From IMG/VR virus record IMGVR_UViG_3300043432_000484, positions 68,755-132,754 of that record: a stretch of DNA of 64,000 nt; one strand, given 5' to 3'. The translations under genes were made by a program, and so were the position numbers. This stretch comes from a virus (taxonomy: Duplodnaviria > Caudoviricetes). The notes under the pieces are model-generated. The model was not told where the DNA came from. It did not search any database and saw only the letters and a program-made list of their open reading frames with translations. Shown here piece after piece: positions 60,273 to 64,000 of the stretch. Every line of letters begins with the position of its first letter. Within the stretch, counting starts at the first letter, position 1.

Positions 60273-60871
60273 CCGATATGCCCGAGAGAGCACATGATCG
60301 TGTCTTCCTGTTCGACATGGACAGCAGCCTGGCTGACTTCGAGCACAGCTTGACCGAGAAGCTGGCCAAGATGATGTCCCCCATAGAGCAGCAGGGGATT
60401 GACTGGTCCCAGTTCACCCCTGACGACTCTACGCGCCCTGACTGGTTGAAGGCCCGGGAGAGAGCCATCAAGAAAGAACCAGGCTTCTGGTCCGAGCTTC
60501 CAACGATCGAGTTCGGGATGCAGCTCTTCGAGCTGGCGGGGACTCTCAACTACCGCCGCATGATCCTGACCAAGGGTCCGCGCAAGAACTCACTTGCGTG
60601 GAAGGAAAAGATCGACTGGTGCATGACTCACATCCCGGACGTTGAGGATCTCGCGATCTGCACCGACAAGGGCCTCGTCTACGGCAAAGTCTTGTACGAT
60701 GACTACCCTCCGTACGTGATGAGTTGGCTGGCGTGGCGCCCTCGCGGCAGGGTGCTGATGCTTGATGCCACGCACAACCAAGGTTTCGAACACCCCCGAG
60801 TGTTCCGGTGCTATAGACGCCCGCTCTCAGAACAGCTAGAACCCATACTCGAATTCCTAGGAGATCTGTGA
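60269..60871 (+). CDS. HAD-family 5'(3')-deoxyribonucleotidase-like protein
   Basis: FDMDSSLADF, ILT, EKIDW, LYDD. Confidence 0.85.
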   Translation: MTDMPERAHDRVFLFDMDSSLADFEHSLTEKLAKMMSPIEQQGIDWSQFTPDDSTRPDWLKARERAIKKEPGFWSELPTIEFGMQLFELAGTLNYRRMILTKGPRKNSLAWKEKIDWCMTHIPDVEDLAICTDKGLVYGKVLYDDYPPYVMSWLAWRPRGRVLMLDATHNQGFEHPRVFRCYRRPLSEQLEPILEFLGDL

Positions 60872-61293
60872 CCATGTCTGACGAAACTCCGATCATCGTC
60901 ATGTTCAGTGACATCGTGGAAGCCAACGGACGAACCATCCGCGAGAACAACCTGGATATCCAGCACAAGTACCCACTTGGCTCGATTGTGCAAGTCGACC
61001 TCGACTTGTCTCAACCCGGCATTGAAGAGGGCATCGAGATCAACCTGAAGGGCACCTGCACACTCTTCGTGGTCGGACACAACCGTGACTGCGACGGCAG
61101 CCCGCTCTACATCCTCTCAGACATCCCGGTGGAATACCCTCTGGACTCCCCGTCCTTCTCACAAGAGCGTTTGGTGTACCGGACGCTTGCCAAGTTGGTG
61201 GAACACGGGTATGGAGAGGAGTCGCTGAAGCCCACGGGCCAGCAGCTTCCGATCCGTAAGAACGCGCGTGCTTGGCTGATGCCAGAAGGATAG
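60868..61293 (+). CDS. hypothetical protein
   Basis: 141 aa, coupled overlap. Confidence 0.65.
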   Translation: MTMSDETPIIVMFSDIVEANGRTIRENNLDIQHKYPLGSIVQVDLDLSQPGIEEGIEINLKGTCTLFVVGHNRDCDGSPLYILSDIPVEYPLDSPSFSQERLVYRTLAKLVEHGYGEESLKPTGQQLPIRKNARAWLMPEG

Positions 61294-61708
61294 GGGATGC
61301 ATATGAGTCGCAAGAAGAGAACGAGTTCCGGCGTGCGCATGAATGCCGTCAACCTCGCCGAGCACGCGATCGTTGAAGCAGCGCAGGACCGGGTTTTCCG
61401 CATCGCGGTCGTGCCTGACCGGAGAGACGCGCGACTTCTGTTCGGGGCCTTACAACTGAGGCCAACACCGTGCTCAAGCTCGGTTGGTTCTCGATCGAAC
61501 CGTTCAAGGCTGGGTACTCGGAGCACCCGGCAGTGATGGGTCTCGGGTTCGTGCTCGGATGGGATGTCTTCGGCTCCAGCAGGCGGCGCTCAAAGTTCGA
61601 CTACACCCTAGCCGAATTGGCTATCTATCACACGGCTCTGCTGGATGTGAAGAATCTCTTCTCCCTCCCGGCCGAGCCCAAAAGCTACTCTCAAGTATAC
61701 GCGTCCTG

Positions 61709-62023
61709 ATGTACACCTATCGCAAAGTCCAAGTCGAATCCACCCAAGTGTCGAGTATCACCTGCAACAAATGCGGGAGGGTGGTCCAATTCGGGGAGTT
61801 CGACTTTCAAGTGGAGGTCTCCTTCACAGAGATCAAGCACGTGTACGGGTACGGCTCCCCTAAGGACGGGGACAAGTATCTGTCCCATGTCTGCGAAGCA
61901 TGCATGGACGCCTTCTACGCCACCTTCGCGACTCCGCCTCAAATAGCCGGTATGGTGGTCTGGGGTGAAGAGCCAGCTGACCCGATTGTGCTCGCTGGAG
62001 AAAGTTCTGATACCCCGGCCTAG
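61709..62023 (+). CDS. zinc-binding hypothetical protein
   Basis: CNKCG...CEAC. Confidence 0.6.
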   Translation: MYTYRKVQVESTQVSSITCNKCGRVVQFGEFDFQVEVSFTEIKHVYGYGSPKDGDKYLSHVCEACMDAFYATFATPPQIAGMVVWGEEPADPIVLAGESSDTPA

Positions 62024-62246
62024 TATGGACCGTTTTTGCCCCATCCAAGTTCCCCTCACGAGCGCGCCGGTAGCGCCGGTTTGGAGGAACTATGCATCAC
62101 AAGAGGAAACGGTCCAAGAATCGCCGTGCGGGTTGTTTACTATGCAAGCCGCACAAGGGGAACGGGTCTAGCAACAAATTCTGTAATCAGACACGTCAAG
62201 AACAAAAAGCCCGCATCTCAGAGCGCGAGCAGAAACAGGGTACATC

Positions 62247-62864
62247 ATGATCGAGAAGTTTCTCAAGAAGTGGCAGCTCTGGCTGGGTGCCGGGTTCACG
62301 GTAATCGTCATCGGGTTGATCGTTTTTGGCGTCTTGACCCACAGTGAAGCGGGGCTCACTCGCCCAACGGTAACTTGGCAGAAGTCCAGGTTCCCTCTCA
62401 CGGTGAGTGCTGTCGCGTATGCAGGTCCGAGTGATGAGGCGGTCGGGGCTGCGCAGTCTGCGATCAAGGCTGTGAACTCGCGTCTTGGGTTTCAGGCGCT
62501 CACCTTGGTGGACGGTCCAGCTGATATCTACGTAGCCGTTGGCGTCCCTCAAGAGTCACGGAACAGCTCTCCCATCGCCTATGAGACGGTGGCGCTCAAG
62601 GATGCCGGCGGATTCTATCGTGTCAATGCGGCGGTGGGTGCAGGCGGTCTGCACTGGAATGACTGCCACATAATGACGTCGAACACCGGCACTTCGGTGA
62701 TCCTGCACCAGGTTCTTCAGCATGAGTTCGGGCACTGCCTCGGTCTCGCACATGATGATTTCACTCAGTCGATCATGTACCCGGTGCAGAAGGAGTACGA
62801 AGGATTCCCTCCGACGTTCACCGATTCAGACCGCAAGCTGTTGCGCAAGTTGTACGCTCCGTGA
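62247..62864 (+). CDS. matrixin-family (metzincin) metalloprotease, membrane-anchored
   Basis: HEFGHCLGLAH and SIMYP Met-turn. Confidence 0.88.
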   Translation: MIEKFLKKWQLWLGAGFTVIVIGLIVFGVLTHSEAGLTRPTVTWQKSRFPLTVSAVAYAGPSDEAVGAAQSAIKAVNSRLGFQALTLVDGPADIYVAVGVPQESRNSSPIAYETVALKDAGGFYRVNAAVGAGGLHWNDCHIMTSNTGTSVILHQVLQHEFGHCLGLAHDDFTQSIMYPVQKEYEGFPPTFTDSDRKLLRKLYAP

Positions 62865-62913
62865 TAGACTCTCGGGGCTGTCAGAAAACCACAGCCCCAG
62901 GTGTCTATCCAGC

Positions 62914-63492
62914 ATGCAAATCATCGCCTCCAACATCTGCTCCGCATACGCCTCCACAGGGGTGATCGGTAGCAAGGTCGAAAACTTCTCCGAGTTCAAT
63001 CGCGTCTTGAGGGAAGCGATTGCAGCTCACGACTTCTCCACGGATCGCATTCCTGGACAAGCCGTTCTGTCAATCCCAGATGCCATCCCGTACGTGTCAT
63101 CTGGCGTTGGACGGCCGGTACCGGACCCGGATGCCTACGTGCTTCGGCTCTATCGGAGCCGTGTGTCTGCGTTCCTGAAGCGCGCTTGGGCGGCTCCTGT
63201 CGAAAGCTGCTCGGCTGTCGTTTACACAACGCGCGCTTACCTGGACGACCCTGACATCACCCACGAAGAAGCAGCTCGGGTAGCCGCTCACAGCGTTGTG
63301 GTTCCGGTCACTCACGTATTGGTGGCCCTGCTCGCGTCCTCAGGCCCATCCAGCCAACTCGGGCCGTATCGATTCACCGCCAACTTGGCGGGCGGGAATC
63401 ATGAGGCCCAAGTGTGGACCGCGGACGAGATTCGCGCGAAGGCCAGAGCCATCATGGACTACGACCAGAACTGGACCACGGTCGCAGACTGA
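62914..63492 (+). CDS. hypothetical protein (DUF3228-like)
   Basis: 192 aa; family assignment from memory only. Confidence 0.6.
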   Translation: MQIIASNICSAYASTGVIGSKVENFSEFNRVLREAIAAHDFSTDRIPGQAVLSIPDAIPYVSSGVGRPVPDPDAYVLRLYRSRVSAFLKRAWAAPVESCSAVVYTTRAYLDDPDITHEEAARVAAHSVVVPVTHVLVALLASSGPSSQLGPYRFTANLAGGNHEAQVWTADEIRAKARAIMDYDQNWTTVAD

Positions 63493-63502
63493 TGGTGGAA
63501 TC

Positions 63503-64000
63503 TCAAGGCTTGGGACTCCAAACCGACGGCCCCTTGATCGCCTCATAGCCCTTTACCGGGCATTCTTCGGGTGCTCGAAACTCGACTTCGGAGGAATCTT
63601 CCCGCATGTAAGAACTACGTAGATACTTTTGTACCTCGTTCCAATACGGGATGAGATGCTTTTCTAGGTGTCCTAGTCCCTTGTTGTGCGCTGGGCAAAG
63701 CAGCCCGCGTATGTTCCCAGTCGCGTGATCATGATCGATGCAAAGGGAGTCACGTTTACCTTTGGTTTCTACCAAGGGTATCTTACAGATCGCACACACA
63801 GGGTCTGCAAGTAATCTCACTTGATCCTCAGAGCTGAGCCCATATCTGACCGTTCGATCGTACCTGCGATTGCGGGCGCGTAAGAGGGCACGGATTTCGG
63901 GGTCACGTTTAGACGCCTCTATCTCGTGTTCACTACAATACCAGCGTCCGATGTAGGGGTGCTTAGAACACCCCAATGCAAAACATTTGGGCCGAGACAC
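63503..64000 (-). CDS. endonuclease VII-type HNH protein (may extend beyond the window)
   Basis: CAIC...IDHDH.TG.IRGLLC..HN.GLG. Confidence 0.85.
   Translation of the reverse strand: MSRPKCFALGCSKHPYIGRWYCSEHEIEASKRDPEIRALLRARNRRYDRTVRYGLSSEDQVRLLADPVCAICKIPLVETKGKRDSLCIDHDHATGNIRGLLCPAHNKGLGHLEKHLIPYWNEVQKYLRSSYMREDSSEVEFRAPEECPVKGYEAIKGPSVWSPKP

Noticed and set aside
61297-61709. Programmed frameshift joining two small ORFs
   Set aside because: No slippery sequence or recognisable domain; cannot be distinguished from two small genes or an error.
1-64000. Alternative genetic code (stop reassignment)
   Set aside because: Recognisable genes are full length under code 11 and end in TAA, TAG or TGA; no suppressor tRNA was found.

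Overview
This 64-kb window looks like a segment of a large (jumbo-type) bacteriophage genome, about 57-60% GC by eye. The host is probably Myxococcota/deltaproteobacterial, inferred from the SspB type. From left to right it holds: small accessory genes and coaE; a minus-strand operon with a divergent TROVE(Ro60)-like/vWA protein, an unknown 320-aa protein, a JAB peptidase, a ubiquitin-like protein ending GG-QLDG, an unannotated 53-aa Zn-ribbon ORF and a ThiF/E1 enzyme; an orphan MqsA-like antitoxin; and an IS607 element whose empty site can be reconstructed. A ~17-kb minus-strand array follows, with about 43 tRNA genes, a tmRNA, about 10 free-standing HNH genes and many tRNA-like RNAs. After that come DNA methyltransferases, two ECF-sigma-like genes, SspB, an MTase-helicase fusion, tail-fibre-like genes and nucleotide-metabolism genes. 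The most striking signal is a family of at least 7 non-coding RNAs that share one conserved two-helix motif (C-ACC...YACA(A/C)G / YCUC-G). The motif is grafted onto tRNA scaffolds in different circularly permuted topologies, one of them YrlA-like. It sits in the same genome as a Ro60-like protein whose gene heads a ubiquitin-like conjugation operon. A GGTGTA motif 9-12 nt before many start codons suggests phage-specific leaderless transcription. All calls were made by eye, without database searches.
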